In this document: positions 10,201-21,409 of the stretch, piece after piece
Layout of the letters: the number at the start of each line of letters is the position of its first letter
Position numbering within the stretch: the stretch's first letter is position 1
DNA from: Ranitomeya imitator
Lineage: Eukaryota
Direction of reading: 5' to 3'
Assembly (NCBI RefSeq): GCF_032444005.1
Contig: NC_091290.1
Span: 113,584,001 to 113,648,000 of the forward strand
DNA: 64,000 bases
Position numbers and translations under genes: made by a program
Notes under the pieces: generated by a model
Told to the model about the DNA's origin: nothing
What the model saw: the letters and a program-made list of their open reading frames with translations, nothing else
Database searches by the model: none

Positions 10201-12995
10201 CTGCATCTCTTAAGAGTCTGCAGAAGTTCTTAGGCTTTGCTAATTTCTATCGTCGCTTTATAACTAATTTTTCTAGTGTTGTTAAGCCTTTGACGGATTT
10301 GACTAAGAAGGGTGCTGATGTTGCTGATTGGTCTCCTGCGGCTGTGGAGGCCTTTCGGGAACTTAAACGCCGGTTTTCTTCTGCTCCTGTGTTGCGTCAA
10401 CCTGATGTTTCGCTTCCTTTCCAAGTTGAGGTTGATGCTTCCGAGATTGGAGCGGGGGCGGTTTTGTCACAGAGAAGCTCCGATTGCTCGGTGATGAAGC
10501 CATGTGCGTTCTTTTCTAGAAAATTTTCGCCCGCTGAGCGGAATTATGATGTGGGTAATCGGGAACTTTTGGCCATGAAGTGGGCATTTGAGGAGTGGCG
10601 TCATTGGCTGGAGGGTGCTAGACATCGTGTGGTGGTCTTGACTGATCACAAAAATCTGATTTACCTTGAGTCTGCCAGGCGTCTGAATCCTAGACAGGCT
10701 CGTTGGTCACTGTTTTTCTCTCGTTTCAATTTTGTGGTTTCATACCTGCTAGGTTCAAAGAATGTGAAGGCGGATGCTCTTTCTAGGAGTTTTGTGCCTC
10801 ACTCCCCTGGAAATTCTGAGCCCACTGGTATCCTTAGGGATGGGGTGATTTTGTCGGCCGTCTTCCCAGACTTGCGACGTGCTTTGCAGGAGTTTCAGGC
10901 GGGTAAACCTGATCGTTGTCCGCCTGAGAGACTGTTTGTTCCGGATAGTTGGACCAGTAGAGTCATCTCCGAGGTCCATTCTTCTGCGTTGGCAGGTCAT
11001 CCTGGAATATTTGGTACTAGAGACTTGGTGGCCAGGTCTTTTTGGTGGCCTTCCTTGTCGAGGGATGTGCGTTCTTTTGTGCAGTCTTGTGAGGTTTGTG
11101 CTCGGGCTAAGCCTTGCTGTTCTCGAGCCAGTGGATTGTTGTCACCTTTGCCTATCCCGAAGAGGCCTTGGACGCACATTTCCATGGACTTTATTTCGGA
11201 TCTCCCTGTCTCTCAAAAAATGTCTGTCATCTGGGTTGTGTGTGACCGCTTTTCTAAAATGGTTCATCTTGTACCCTTGCCTAAGTTGCCTTCCTCCTCT
11301 GAGTTGGTCCCTCTGTTTTTCCAGAACGTGGTTCGTTTGCATGGGATTCCGGAGAACATCGTTTCTGACAGGGGATCCCAGTTTGTGTCTAGATTTTGGC
11401 GGACGTTCTGTGCTAAGATGGGCATTGATTTGTCCTTTTCGTCTGCATTCCATCCTCAGACGAATGGCCAGACGGAGCGAACTAATCAGACCTTGGAAAC
11501 TTATTTGAGGTGTTTTGTTTCTGCTGATCAGGATGACTGGGTTACCTTTTTGCCGCTGGCTGAGTTTGCCCTTAATAATCGGGCTAGTTCTGCTACCTTG
11601 GTTTCTCCTTTCTTTTGTAATTCGGGGTTTCATCCTCGTTTTTCCTCTGGTCAGGTGGAGCCTTCTGATTATCCTGGAGTGGACATGGTGGTGGATGGGT
11701 TGCATCGGATTTGGAGTCATGTGGTGGACAATTTGAAGTTGTCCCAGGAGAAGGCTCAGCAGTTTGCTAATCGCCGTCGCCGCGTGGGTCCTCGACTTCG
11801 TGTTTGGGACTTGGTGTGGTTGTCTTCTCGTTTTGTTCCTATGAGAGTCTCTTCTCCTAAGTTCAAGCCTCGGTTCATCGGTCCTTATAGGATCTTGGAA
11901 ATTCTTAACCCTGTGTCGTTTCGTTTGGATCTCCCGGCATCGTTTGCTATTCATAATGTGTTCCATCGGTCGTTGTTGCGGAGGTATGAGGTACCTGTTG
12001 TTCCTTCGCTTGAGCCTCCTGCTCCGGTGCTGGTGGAGGGAGAATTGGAGTATGTTGTGGAGAAGATCTTGGATTCTCGTGTTTCCAGACGGAAACTCCA
12101 ATATTTGGTCAAGTGGAAGGGTTATGGTCAGGAGGATAATTCTTGGGTGGTTGCCTCTGATGTTCATGCTGATGATTTGGTCCGCGCTTTTCATAGGGCT
12201 CATCCTGGTCGCCCTGGTGGTTCTCGTGAGGGTTCGGTGACCCCTCCTCAAGGGGGGGGTACTGTTGTGAGTTCTGTTTTTGGGCTCCCTCTGGTGGTTA
12301 CTGATGGTACTGGGTGATTTGTGTTCTGCTGTCTCTGGTGTGCACCTGTTCTATTAGGATTTGGGAGTTTCCTATTTAACCGGGCTTTCTTGTCATTTCC
12401 CTGCCGGCTATCAAGGTTATCAGAGTGTTTTGTTACCTCAGCTTCTGGCTTCAGTAATCTTCAGGACAAGCTAAGTTTTGATTTTCTTGTTCCACGTTTT
12501 GCTTTATTTTTGTCTTGTCCAGCTTGCATATAATTGTCTCTTTGCTGCTGGTTGCTTTAGTGGGCTGTAATTGCTCCTCATGTTCCATGAGTTGGAACAT
12601 GAGTTCAAGTAATTACAGGATGGTTTTTTGAAGGGTTTTTTGCTGACCGCGCAGTTTACTTTTGTATCCTCTGCTATCTAGTTTTAGCGGGCCTCATTTT
12701 GCTGAATCTGTTTTCATACTGTGTATGTGCCTTCTTCTCATTTCACCGTCATTATATGTGGGGGGCTGCTATTTCTGTGGGGTGTTTCTCTGGAGGCAAG
12801 AGAGGTCTGTGTTTCTTCTAATAGGGGAAGTTAGATCTTCGGCTGGTGCGAGACGTCTAGGATCAACGTAGGCACGTTCCCCGGCTATTGTTATTTGTGT
12901 GTTCAGGTTTAGGGTCGCGGTCAGCTCAGGTTCCATCACCCTAGAGCTCGTTGGTGCTTGTCCTTTTGTGATTCCCTGCCATTGGAATCATGACA
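7286..12995 (+). mobile_element. Full-length Ty3/Gypsy chromovirus-type LTR retrotransposon
   Basis: 733-bp LTRs at 7286-8018 and 12263-12995 (TG...CA); I find only 2 differences (7365/12342, 7758/12735). Polypurine tract AAGGGGGGGG before the 3' LTR; CCCCAG on both flanks. Confidence 0.97.
8202..12317 (+). CDS. Gag-Pol polyprotein (1371 aa): gag with CCHC knuckle, protease, RT, RNase H, integrase, chromodomain
   Basis: CFYCGDSAHVISAC; YVDSGA; LRPCIDYR and YLDD; VEVDASEIG and TDHKNL; HSSALAGHPG...CEVC; SMDF, SDRG, QTNGQTERTNQ; YVVEKILDSR...YLVKWKGY. Confidence 0.97.
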   Translation: MDVQSLASSLNNLAAKVQNIQDFVVHAPMSEPRIPIPEFFAGDRSSFLNFRNNCKLFLSLKSRSSGDPAQQVKIIISFLRGDPQNWAFALAPGDPALLNVDAFFLALGLLYEEPNQEIQAEKALLALSQGQDEAEIYCQKFRKWSVLTQWNECALAAKFRDGLSEAIKDVMVGFPAPTGLNESMTMAIQIDRRLRERKPVHHLAVSSEQAPEIMQCDRVQSRSERQNYRRKNGLCFYCGDSAHVISACSKRTKKVDKSVAISTLQSKFILSVTLICSLSSISVDTYVDSGAALSLMDWSFANRCGFSLEPLEVPIPLKGIDSTPLAMNKPQYWTQVTMCMTPVYQEVIRFLVLYNLHDVLVLGLPWLQTHNPVLDWKTMSVLSWGCQGVHDDAPPISIASSTPSEIPVFLSDYRDVFEEPKLSSLPPHRDCDCAINLIPGSKFPKGRLFNLSVPEHTAMRDYVKESLEKGHLRPSSSPLGAGFFFVAKKDGSLRPCIDYRLLNKITVKYQYPLPLLTDLFARIKGAKWFTKIDLRGAYNLIRIKQGDEWKTAFNTPEGHFEYLVMPFGLSNAPSVFQSFMHDIFREYLDKFIIVYLDDVLFFSDDWESHVQQVRKVFQVLRANSLFVKGSKCLFGVQKISFLGYIFSPSTIEMDPVKVRAICDWTQPASLKSLQKFLGFANFYRRFITNFSSVVKPLTDLTKKGADVADWSPAAVEAFRELKRRFSSAPVLRQPDVSLPFQVEVDASEIGAGAVLSQRSSDCSVMKPCAFFSRKFSPAERNYDVGNRELLAMKWAFEEWRHWLEGARHRVVVLTDHKNLIYLESARRLNPRQARWSLFFSRFNFVVSYLLGSKNVKADALSRSFVPHSPGNSEPTGILRDGVILSAVFPDLRRALQEFQAGKPDRCPPERLFVPDSWTSRVISEVHSSALAGHPGIFGTRDLVARSFWWPSLSRDVRSFVQSCEVCARAKPCCSRASGLLSPLPIPKRPWTHISMDFISDLPVSQKMSVIWVVCDRFSKMVHLVPLPKLPSSSELVPLFFQNVVRLHGIPENIVSDRGSQFVSRFWRTFCAKMGIDLSFSSAFHPQTNGQTERTNQTLETYLRCFVSADQDDWVTFLPLAEFALNNRASSATLVSPFFCNSGFHPRFSSGQVEPSDYPGVDMVVDGLHRIWSHVVDNLKLSQEKAQQFANRRRRVGPRLRVWDLVWLSSRFVPMRVSSPKFKPRFIGPYRILEILNPVSFRLDLPASFAIHNVFHRSLLRRYEVPVVPSLEPPAPVLVEGELEYVVEKILDSRVSRRKLQYLVKWKGYGQEDNSWVVASDVHADDLVRAFHRAHPGRPGGSREGSVTPPQGGGTVVSSVFGLPLVVTDGTG

Positions 12996-13444
12996 CCCCA
13001 GTCCCGCAAGCTCGCTGCCTCGGGGAAATCCTTGACGCTGATCTCTCCTTCAAACCACACATCCAAGCCTTTTCCACGTCTTGCTGACTTCAACTTAAAT
13101 ATATTTCCCAGATATGTACGTTCTTCTACTAAGAATTTGCAAAAACCCTAGTCCACGCCCTCATCATTTCCCGCCTCGACTACCGCAACCTCCTGCTCTG
13201 TGGCCTCCCCTCTAACACTCTCGCACCCTCCAGTCTATTCTAAACTCAGCTGCCCGACTAATCCACCTGTCCCCCCACTATTCCCCAGCCTCTCCCCTCT
13301 GTCAATACCTTCACTGGTTCCCCATTGCTCAGAGACTCCAGTACAAAACCCTAACCATGACGTACAAAGCCATCCACAACCTGTCTCCTCCATACATCTG
13401 TGGCCTCGTCTCCTGGTACTTACCTGCACGCAACCTCCGAACTT

Positions 13445-14796
13445 CAGTGGAAATGCCCAAAGACAAGGAAATGATGCTCAGTAGTGTGTGGCCTCCACTT
13501 GCCTGTATGACCTCCCTACAACACCTGAGCATGGTCCTGATGAGGCAGCGGATGTTCTCCTGAGGGATCTCCTCTCAGACCTGGATAAAAGCATCTGCCT
13601 ACTCCTGGACAGTCTGTGGTGCAGCGTAGCATTGGTGGATGGTGGGACACACGATGTCCCAGATGTGTTCAATCGGATTCAGGTCTGGGGAACAGGCGGC
13701 CAGTCCATAGCTTCAATGCCTTCATCTTGCAGGAACTGCTGACACACTCCAGCCACATGAGGTCTGGCATTGTCCTGCATTAGGAGGAACCCAGGGCCAA
13801 CCGCACCAGCATATGGTCTCACAAGGGTCTGAGGATCTCATCCCTGTACCTAATCGCAGTCAGGCTACCTCTGGCGAGCACATGGGGGGCTGTGCGGTCC
13901 CACAAAGAAATGCCACCCCACACCATTACTGACCCACTGCCAAACTGGTCATGCTGGAGGATGTTGTAGGCAGTAGAACGTTCTCCACTGTGTCTCCAGA
14001 CTCTGTCACGTCTGTCACATGTGCTCAGTGTGAACCTATTCTCATCCGTGAAGACCACAGAGCGCCAATGTCAAATCTGCCAATCTGGATGTTCTCTGAC
14101 AAATGCCAATCACGATGCACGGTGTTGGGCTGTAAGCACAACACTCAATTGTGGACATCGGGCCCATACCACCCTCATGGAGTCTGTTTATGAGAGTTTG
14201 AGCAGACACATGGATGTTAGTGGCCTGCTGGAGGTCATTTTTCAGCACGGCTCTGGCACTGCTCCTCCTGTTCCTCTTTGCACAAACTACGAGATAGCGT
14301 TCTTGCTGCTGGATTGTTGCCCTCCTACGGCTCCCTCCACATCTCCTGGTGTACGGACCTGTCTTATGGTATCTGATCCATGCTCTGGACACTGTGTAGA
14401 CTGACACAGCTACCCTTCTTCCCACAGCTCGCATTGATGTGCCATCCTGGATGAGCTGCACTACCTGAGCAACTTCTGTGGGTTGTAGACACCGCCTCAT
14501 GCTACCGTACCTCAAGGGGTGACAGCAATGACAAACTGCAAAAGTGACCAAAACAGCCAAAAAGGATGAGAAAATAAAAATGGTCTGTGGTCACCCCCTG
14601 CAGAACCACTCCTTTACAGGGGTTGTCTTGATAACTGCCTATCATTTCTACCTGTTGTCTGTTCCATTTGCACAACACCAGGAGAAATGTATTCACAATC
14701 AGTGATGCTTCATAACTGGACAGGTTAATTTCACAGAAGTGTGATTGACTTGGAGTTATTTTGTGTTGTTTAAGTGTTCTCTTTATTTTTTGAGCA

Positions 14797-14799
<3 letters not shown>
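13445..14799 (-). mobile_element. Degenerate Tc1-like DNA transposon, one end truncated
   Basis: Right terminus ...TTTTTTGAGCAGTG|TA. Broken transposase pieces on minus: [28 protein letters not shown], and PDLNPIEHIWD-like sequence. Confidence 0.85.
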
Positions 14800-14831
<32 letters not shown>

Positions 14832-15179
14832 CATACATATGCACACACATTTTTTCTGAGCGCTGAGGCTGATATCAGCTAATCTAAATGTTCAGTACCC
14901 TAATGTCCTACCTATGGAGGTACTAGAACACCTAACTATGATGCATTAGGTGGAGCACTGCATTGAGTGAATGGTGCAGACAAGAATTGGAAATGTTGAC
15001 AACAGCAATCTGATCAGTACTTTCAGTCTGCCTTAACACCATCAAAGCTGACTTCTGGTGACTAAGGGTATGTGCAAACATCTTTTTCAAGGCGGTCAGC
15101 TCCTGAAAAAGTGCTAAACGCTAACAAGAAGACAGACCTGCACTGCAACGTAAAAACGACTTGTTGTTCTCATGCTCAG

Positions 15180-15730
15180 TGTCACGGTTTCATAACTGAC
15201 TGTCGCCTAAGGACGCTGTGAGTGACAGCCCAGCCGCTCTATAGAATTTGGAGAGTGCCGAACTGTCAGTTTTGTAACAGTCCAATCATCCATGCTGATT
15301 CTGGGGTATGCTGGGTTGTCAGCATTTTGATTGACAGCTCTGCTGCTCAATCTGGTCTGCGTGCGTTTTCTCAGGTGCCTCCCATCCTCTGATTTGCTAG
15401 GTATTTAGCTGGCTTGCTGTGAGCAGCAGATTGTCAGTTGTAGCTCTGCTTCAGTTAGATGTGTGTGCTTCGTCTGTGTCTTACTTCTGCTCTTGTGACA
15501 ACTCTCGTGGATTATCCCTTCTGCCTTTGACGTTCTCTGACTTCAGGTATCTGACGCCGGACTTGACTTCTGACTATCCGTTTGTTGTACTCCCTGCTTT
15601 TGACGTACCCTTCTGATATTTGCCAACCGGACTGCTTCCTGGACACGCCTTTGACATAGCCCTCTGTACTAGGAGTCCTCCTGACTTCCCTGTCTCACGG
15701 CTTGCCTATGAGTAGTGACTCAGCGTCATA
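15180..15730 (+). mobile_element. Solo LTR with 5-bp TSD
   Basis: TGTCACGG...GCGTCATA flanked by exact CTCAG at 15175-15179 and 15731-15735. Confidence 0.8.
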
Positions 15731-17173
15731 CTCAGTCTATTTTGGCTTCTTTCAACCACTTCTGGTTTCCAAAGTCATCAAACGGTGAAAAGAAGTGACC
15801 TGAGCATTCTCCTGGGGCCTTGCAATTTGAAAGCCACTGACTGCTGTAGTCAATGCACCGACATACAAAGACATCTCAAAAAATGCCTACAAAGTCACCA
15901 AAAATATGCTGCAAGGCTAAAGATGCTAACGTGTCCTGAAAAACTCACCGGGTTTGTAGATGACGTGTGCACATACCCTGGGGGGGGGGTTCACCTATCT
16001 GTGAATTAAACCAGTCTCACACATCTGACAGTCGCAGCGTGAGTATGGACCACAATGCCAAGGCTGGCCTTGGGTCCACTGACCCGGGCTCTCCTCATAG
16101 GTATACATGACGTTGATGAGTTCAGTTAGGGAGACCTGCGGCTGCTCCAGACAACATGGCCCGTCACTGTCAAACATATGAAATGGCCTTATACTTATTT
16201 TTCTACATGTGATGAAACATTGATAGTCAACACTGATCACCGCTTTTTGCTCACGTGAAGGATCGATGATGTCTGAATGAGGCCTAAGAAACAAATAATG
16301 CAAAACATTATATACCAAATTTTGGTGCATTTTAAACCACTGGCATAGGTACGAGGATATTTACTAAATCTGCTCCGCTGGTTTTCTAAAGGAAAAGGCT
16401 GACCCCAAAAAAGAACAGCAGCCATATAAAATTCAGGTTTCATAGTTTTAATAGCGTCATGCCTGGCGCAGCCGTCAGAAGAGTATTAATGACATAAAAG
16501 GAGGTTATTTCAGTATGAAACAAAATGACATTTTATTGAAATGTACAAAAAAACATTGGAGAGTTTTTTGGAAACCCGTGTAATATACAATGATTGGGGT
16601 TGTGCGCTCAGTCCTAACATTTAGGAACCCAAGATCTGGGGGTGCCGATACTTTTTAACAAGCCTTTAAAGTAGCAAATAAAAAGGTTACTCTGTATATA
16701 ATGAAAATACTTTTGTATCAATTCTTTATAGTTTTAAGATTTTTTTTTACTTCCATACAGATTTGTAACCAATGGAAGTAAATAATTAATCTTCACTATC
16801 CCTTTAAGACACAATTGCATACAATGCAAAATTAACAATAAAGTCAACTCCGAGTGCAGCTCCGTATAGGGCGGAGACAGAAGAAGACATTTTATCTTAT
16901 TTATACTACCTAAGGCTGCAGAATATCAGAGGCATAGTCACTGACCATCATTTTTCATCATTAAAGGGGTTATCCAGGGGGAAAAAAAAATCTAGTTTGT
17001 TGCCTGAAGGATTCCTTCCCCAGTCCTCTGTGTTGTCACGTGACCAGAAGTGTATGTGCGAAGGGGGCTGGCCGACTGTTCATTTCATATTATCTATGCA
17101 TTGACTGCGATTGAGGAACCTCTCGGACATCAAGTATAATAGTAAGGTCCCAAACTTACTAGTGTAAACACAT

Positions 17174-17179
17174 TTTATT
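17174..17179 (-). terminator. Candidate polyadenylation signal of CNEP1R1 (AATAAA); a second lies at 17195-17200
   Basis: TTTATT on the plus strand about 330 nt past the stop codon. Confidence 0.45.
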
Positions 17180-17511
17180 CAGCTGGACAACCCCTTTATT
17201 ATCTTTAATTTGGACAAAGGAGCTCCAGCAAACACACAAATGACCCATTGAAGTTGAGGGAAGTATTGCAGATGGCGGCCAAACACTAAGAAGAACTGCA
17301 CGTGTAATGCTGGTGTGTGCAAACCATCCTAGATACACAGATCCAGGCCGGGGCGCACCAACGCCACTCCGGATAAGTTTCCCTGTACAATGATCGCCTG
17401 TCCTCTCGGTGAATGATCCAAGGACTCGGGAGATTGAGCGTCCTTTATAAATAACCATCTCCAAAGGAGAGAACGTATCGCAGGAAGAGACTGGGGTCGC
17501 GGCAGAAGATC

Positions 17512-17553
17512 TCACTGGACGTGGGGTCGCGGCTTTAGAATTAATTTGCCCGT
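17512..17553 (-). CDS. CNEP1R1: CNEP1R1 coding exon 6 (TGKLILKPRPHVQ*)
   Basis: Acceptor TTTTTCTTTTGCAG; matches the recalled CNEP1R1/TMEM188 C-terminus. The six exons total 378 nt = 125 aa plus stop. Confidence 0.97.
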   Translation of the reverse strand, partial: TGKLILKPRPHVQ

Positions 17554-17620
17554 CTGCAAAAGAAAAACCACAATAGTGAAGGGCACATTTACAGATGCCG
17601 CTCTGTACTCCCAGAGCGGT

Positions 17621-18242
17621 GACTGAGCCCGCACCGGCGCTGCCCCCAAGACTGAGCCCGCATCGGCGCTGCCCCCGAGACTGAGCCCGCAGCGGCGCTG
17701 CCCCCCCAAGACTGAGCCCGCAGCGGCGCTACCCCCGAGACTGAGCCCGCACCGGCGCTGCCCCCGAGACTGAGCCCGCAGTGGCGCTGCCCCCCCCGAG
17801 ACTGAGCCCGCAGCGGCGCTACCCCCGAGACTGAGCCCGCACCGGCGCTGCCCCCGAGACTGAGCCCGCAGTGGCGCTGCCCCCCCGAGACTGAGCCCGC
17901 AGCGGCGCTACCCCCGAGACTGAGCCCGCACTGGCGCTGCCCCCGAGACTGAGCCCGCAGCGGCGCTGCCCCCGAGACTGAGCCCGCAGCGGCGCTGCCC
18001 CCGAGACTGAGCCCGCAGCGGCGCTGCCCCCGAGACTGAGCCCGCAGCGTCGCTGCCCCCGAGACTGAGACCGCACCGGCGCTGCCCCCGAGACTGAGCC
18101 CACACCGGCGCTGCCCCCGTCACTGAGCCCGCACCGGCATTGCCCCCGTCACTGAGCCCACACCGGCGCTGCCCCCGAGACTGAGCCCGCACCGGTGCTG
18201 CTCCCGTGACTGAGCCCGCACTGGCGCTGCCCCGTGACTGAA
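17621..18242. repeat. 29-bp GC-rich minisatellite (GACTGAGCCCGCAGCGGCGCTGCCCCCGA), about 21 copies, CNEP1R1 intron 5
   Basis: Direct tandem copies. Confidence 0.95.
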
Positions 18243-18481
18243 ACGGGAACACCAGCATTATAACCTGCAGATTAACCCCATATATGCAGGATAACAGCGC
18301 TTTTTAGGAGACAGGTTCTCTTTAACGGTGAATCCGTCAGTGACCTCAGGCTGATGGATGACTCTGTAACTTCCTTGATCTTTCACATAATCTGATTTAT
18401 GACCTTTCCTGTGCTCATAAGTCAGTTTAGAAGAAAGTGCAGAAGACCCTGTGCCCATGCCGTCAGAATGAGCCCATTTAA

Positions 18482-19035
18482 AGGGAACCTGACACCCCCA
18501 AAATGGAAGTTGAGCTAAGCCCACCGCCATCAGGGTCTTATCTACAGTATTCTGTAATGCTGTAGATAAGCCCCCAATGTATCCTGAAAGATGAGAAAAA
18601 GAGGTTAGATTATACTCACCCAGGGGCAGTCCCGATTCTGTTCTGGTCCGAGGGGCGTCGCGGTCCGGAGCCTCCCATCTTCTTACGATGACGTCCTCTT
18701 CTTGTCTTCACGCTGCGGCTCCGGCGCAGGTGTACTTTGTCTGCCCTGTTGAGGGCAGAGCAAAGTACTGCAGTGTGCAGGCGTCGGGAAAGGTCAGAGA
18801 GGGCCAGCAGCGTGAAGACAAGAAGAGGACGTCATCGTAAGAAGATGGGAGGCCCCAGACCGGACCGCGACACCCATCGTACCGGGACCACCCCTGGGTG
18901 AGTATAATCTAACCTCTTTTTCTCATCTTTCAGGATACATCGGGGCCTTATCTACAGCATTACAGAATGCTGTAGATAAGCCCCTGATGCTGGTGGGCTT
19001 AGCTCAACTACCATTTTGGGGGTGTCAGGTTCCCT
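18482..19035. mobile_element. TTAA-target MITE (T2/Kolobok-like)
   Basis: TTAA|AGGGAACCTGACACCCCCAAAATGG...CCATTTTGGGGGTGTCAGGTTCCCT|TTAA, with long fold-back arms. Confidence 0.88.
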
Positions 19036-19447
19036 TTAATGTTAAAGGGAACATGTCAGAAACATCTGATTGATGGGTTAGTGTCTGTGTGCCAGAGCAA
19101 AGGACCTGTCAATCAGACAGAGGAGGGTGCTGAGACAGAGGAAATGGAAGTGCATCATCACTCCCCAATGCACCTCCAGAGTGATGCCCAATACTGTCCA
19201 GCCCTTTATTACTGGCACCAGAGTGGTGCAGAAATAATAATAATAAAAAAAAAGTATACTTACCTTCTGGACTGGTGCCACTCCTCCACTCTCGGCCCCG
19301 TGTCCTGGCTTTGATTGGAGGAGCAGCGCTGGTCCTGGAGGCGAGTATTCATATTTTTTTTTATGTATGCAGCCCCCTGGGGCGACTATTATAAATGGAC
19401 AATTTTGTTAACCTCTACTTAGAACGTTATCAGAGTATAATACGTAC

Positions 19448-19502
19448 ATCGTCACATGACATGTTGTATTCTGCTAGGACCGTCCGACATCGGGCTGCTA
19501 TT
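19448..19502 (-). CDS. CNEP1R1: CNEP1R1 coding exon 5 ((I)[18 protein letters not shown])
   Basis: 55 nt, AG/GT boundaries, phase-consistent. Confidence 0.97.
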
Positions 19503-19714
19503 CTGAGGATTTGGTTAAGAAAGTGAGCGAGTTACAAGTTCAATTAATCTGAGACCAAGGTCCAGATTCTGCACATGGATTTCCTCACTACATAGGTTGC
19601 ACGGATACCCATTTACGGACTCCATCTTGTTCTACATCTCGTCTTTCCTACAGTTTACAGTGATCATCAGATGCAAGAAGCAATCCAGCTCAGTGACAGA
19701 CCATTAAAGGATAC

Positions 19715-19824
19715 ATCGACGGCGCCACCACCCGCTTGTGGATCCCAGCGAAAAACAGCCCTATTAGCGTTATGCAGCTAATTGTGAAGAAGGGATGATT
19801 CCATAATGAGGTGAAGAAGGAAAC
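19715..19824 (-). CDS. CNEP1R1: CNEP1R1 coding exon 4 ([36 protein letters not shown])
   Basis: 110 nt, AG/GT boundaries; hydrophobic segment matches the recalled protein. Confidence 0.97.
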
Positions 19825-19910
19825 CTGGAAAAGAAGAACAGATCAAGGACAGGAATCATACATCCCATGAGTGTACTTAATAGGAAATCCCTTTAAGAAA
19901 AAAGAATTAC

Positions 19911-19984
19911 CTTTTGCGTCTCCGGATCTATGAGCCAGTTCCAGGCCCCGGTAGCAGTACAGACAGACACTACGATGAGAATCA
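19911..19984 (-). CDS. CNEP1R1: CNEP1R1 coding exon 3 ([25 protein letters not shown])
   Basis: 74 nt, AG/GT boundaries, phase-consistent. Confidence 0.97.
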
Positions 19985-20695
19985 CTATTGGGAGAAGACA
20001 GAAGGTGCAGATTATACTACTACAACTTCTCCACCGGATTCACATGTCCTTTATTTAGAGACCAAGCACGGAATGAAGTGTCCGGGTCTCCTAACCTGAA
20101 CTCCTATGAGACTGCTGCGCCCAGGTCAGGTCTGAAGGCAGCCTGTGCTCAGATACTCAGATCGTGACTGTCCAATGTGCGGACGCAGCCTTAGGATATT
20201 ACATGTCCAGCTCAGCCGCAGATTGACACTGACTGTAGTTTGCAAGTATGGCAAAAAGGTTTGCTAAGTATTAGTGTGACTCTCTAATGCACCTTTCTTT
20301 ATAAATAAAAAAAAAAAGTTTTAATTTTTCCTTAAATGGTTATTCCCCAAAAATAAGACCACTCATGGTCTACGGGACTAGCTGAATTGCTGAGCGCAGT
20401 CCCATAGACAATGAATGGAGAGGAGGTCGCGCATGGGTACTTCTCTATTCAGGATGGTCCTAAAGCCTTGATCTCGGTATCGCCGGTGGCCCCAGGAATC
20501 AGCAAGTTATCTTGGGGCTAGGAAATAGCCCCGCAAAAACAAGTTGTAAACCTTTCAGGCTAAAAATCTGCTTGTTTAAATGAGGAGTAAAATTAATTAG
20601 ATTGGGGGCAGGAAATCTGACTTGTGATGTATTTCTCTCCATCTTTGAATGGCACGGAATCTCCTTCCAGAAGCGCCATCATCCTTGTGACTTAC

Positions 20696-20767
20696 TTCTC
20701 CAACGTCCAGTCGCAGGTTGTAAACACGAGACATATTCCGTGAGCCGTCGCTCGAAAGCCTTTAGAT
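20696..20767 (-). CDS. CNEP1R1: CNEP1R1 coding exon 2 ([24 protein letters not shown])
   Basis: 72 nt, acceptor TCTTTCCGTCTAG, donor GTAAGT. Confidence 0.97.
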
Positions 20768-21409
20768 CTAGACGGAAAGACAGATCTGTAAGAGCATAAG
20801 CGCCAAATAGACTACTGTGCGCAACGGGCGATATTACTGGTAAAGACGCTAGGGGACAGATTGCCTATTGCATCCATTCAGATTCCAGTACCGCTGCAGC
20901 CAATCACTGCGGCCATGTGACGTCACCGCTGCAGCCTGTAAATAATCACCAGGAGCAGCGGTGCTGGAGCAGGGTTTGGGAAGCAGAGCTCCATTTGTTA
21001 TTTTTAATCTTATTTTTTAATAGATTTTTTTTTAGACTTCCACATGCAGAATTTTCCAGACTATTATTACATGGTAAACAACAAAAAAAGAGAATGCCTG
21101 AATTGTCGTTTTCAGTTACTGCATGTCCCTCAACAAAAGGGCGATCATGTACCCCAGACTGGTATCATTAGGAACTACAACTCAGCACACATTAAATAAG
21201 CCCTTCCAAAAAATAATAAAGTTAGGAGTCTCGGTATTTCACCGCACGTCAAATGACATGAAAACAAATCCCAAAAATATTATTGCTTGGAATAATAAAA
21301 AAGTTATGGCTCATGTAAGAAGAGGAGGAAGAAAATAATGATAAATTGCCAGAAACATTAACTAGTGGAAGCAGCTGGCGTGTGGCACTGTGTGACGGCA
21401 AAACGTGGA

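Larger units (their letters stand above)
7248..13440 (+). mobile_element. L2-clade LINE 3' RT fragment (7248-7285 plus 12996-13440) split by the Gypsy insertion
   Basis: Rejoined sequence reads SITVNGCPLSP|VPQARCLG..LDADLSFKPHIQ...LVHALIISRLDY...LHW.PIAQRLQYKTLTMTYKAIHNLSPPYI, typical of the L2 ORF2 C-terminus. Confidence 0.8.

Noticed and set aside
10879-12251. 209-aa and 369-aa ORFs overlapping the Gypsy pol
   Set aside because: Alternate-frame and antisense shadows of a coding sequence; no recognisable motifs.
15740-16660. Possible further Tc1-like remnant around the solo LTR
   Set aside because: No clear catalytic motifs or paired termini by eye.
17159-17515. 118-aa ORF after the CNEP1R1 stop
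   Set aside because: Lies in the 3' UTR in another frame; no homology recognised.
18258-18530. 90-aa minus-strand ORF that looks like an exon
   Set aside because: Begins inside a MITE, and the CNEP1R1 CDS is complete without it.
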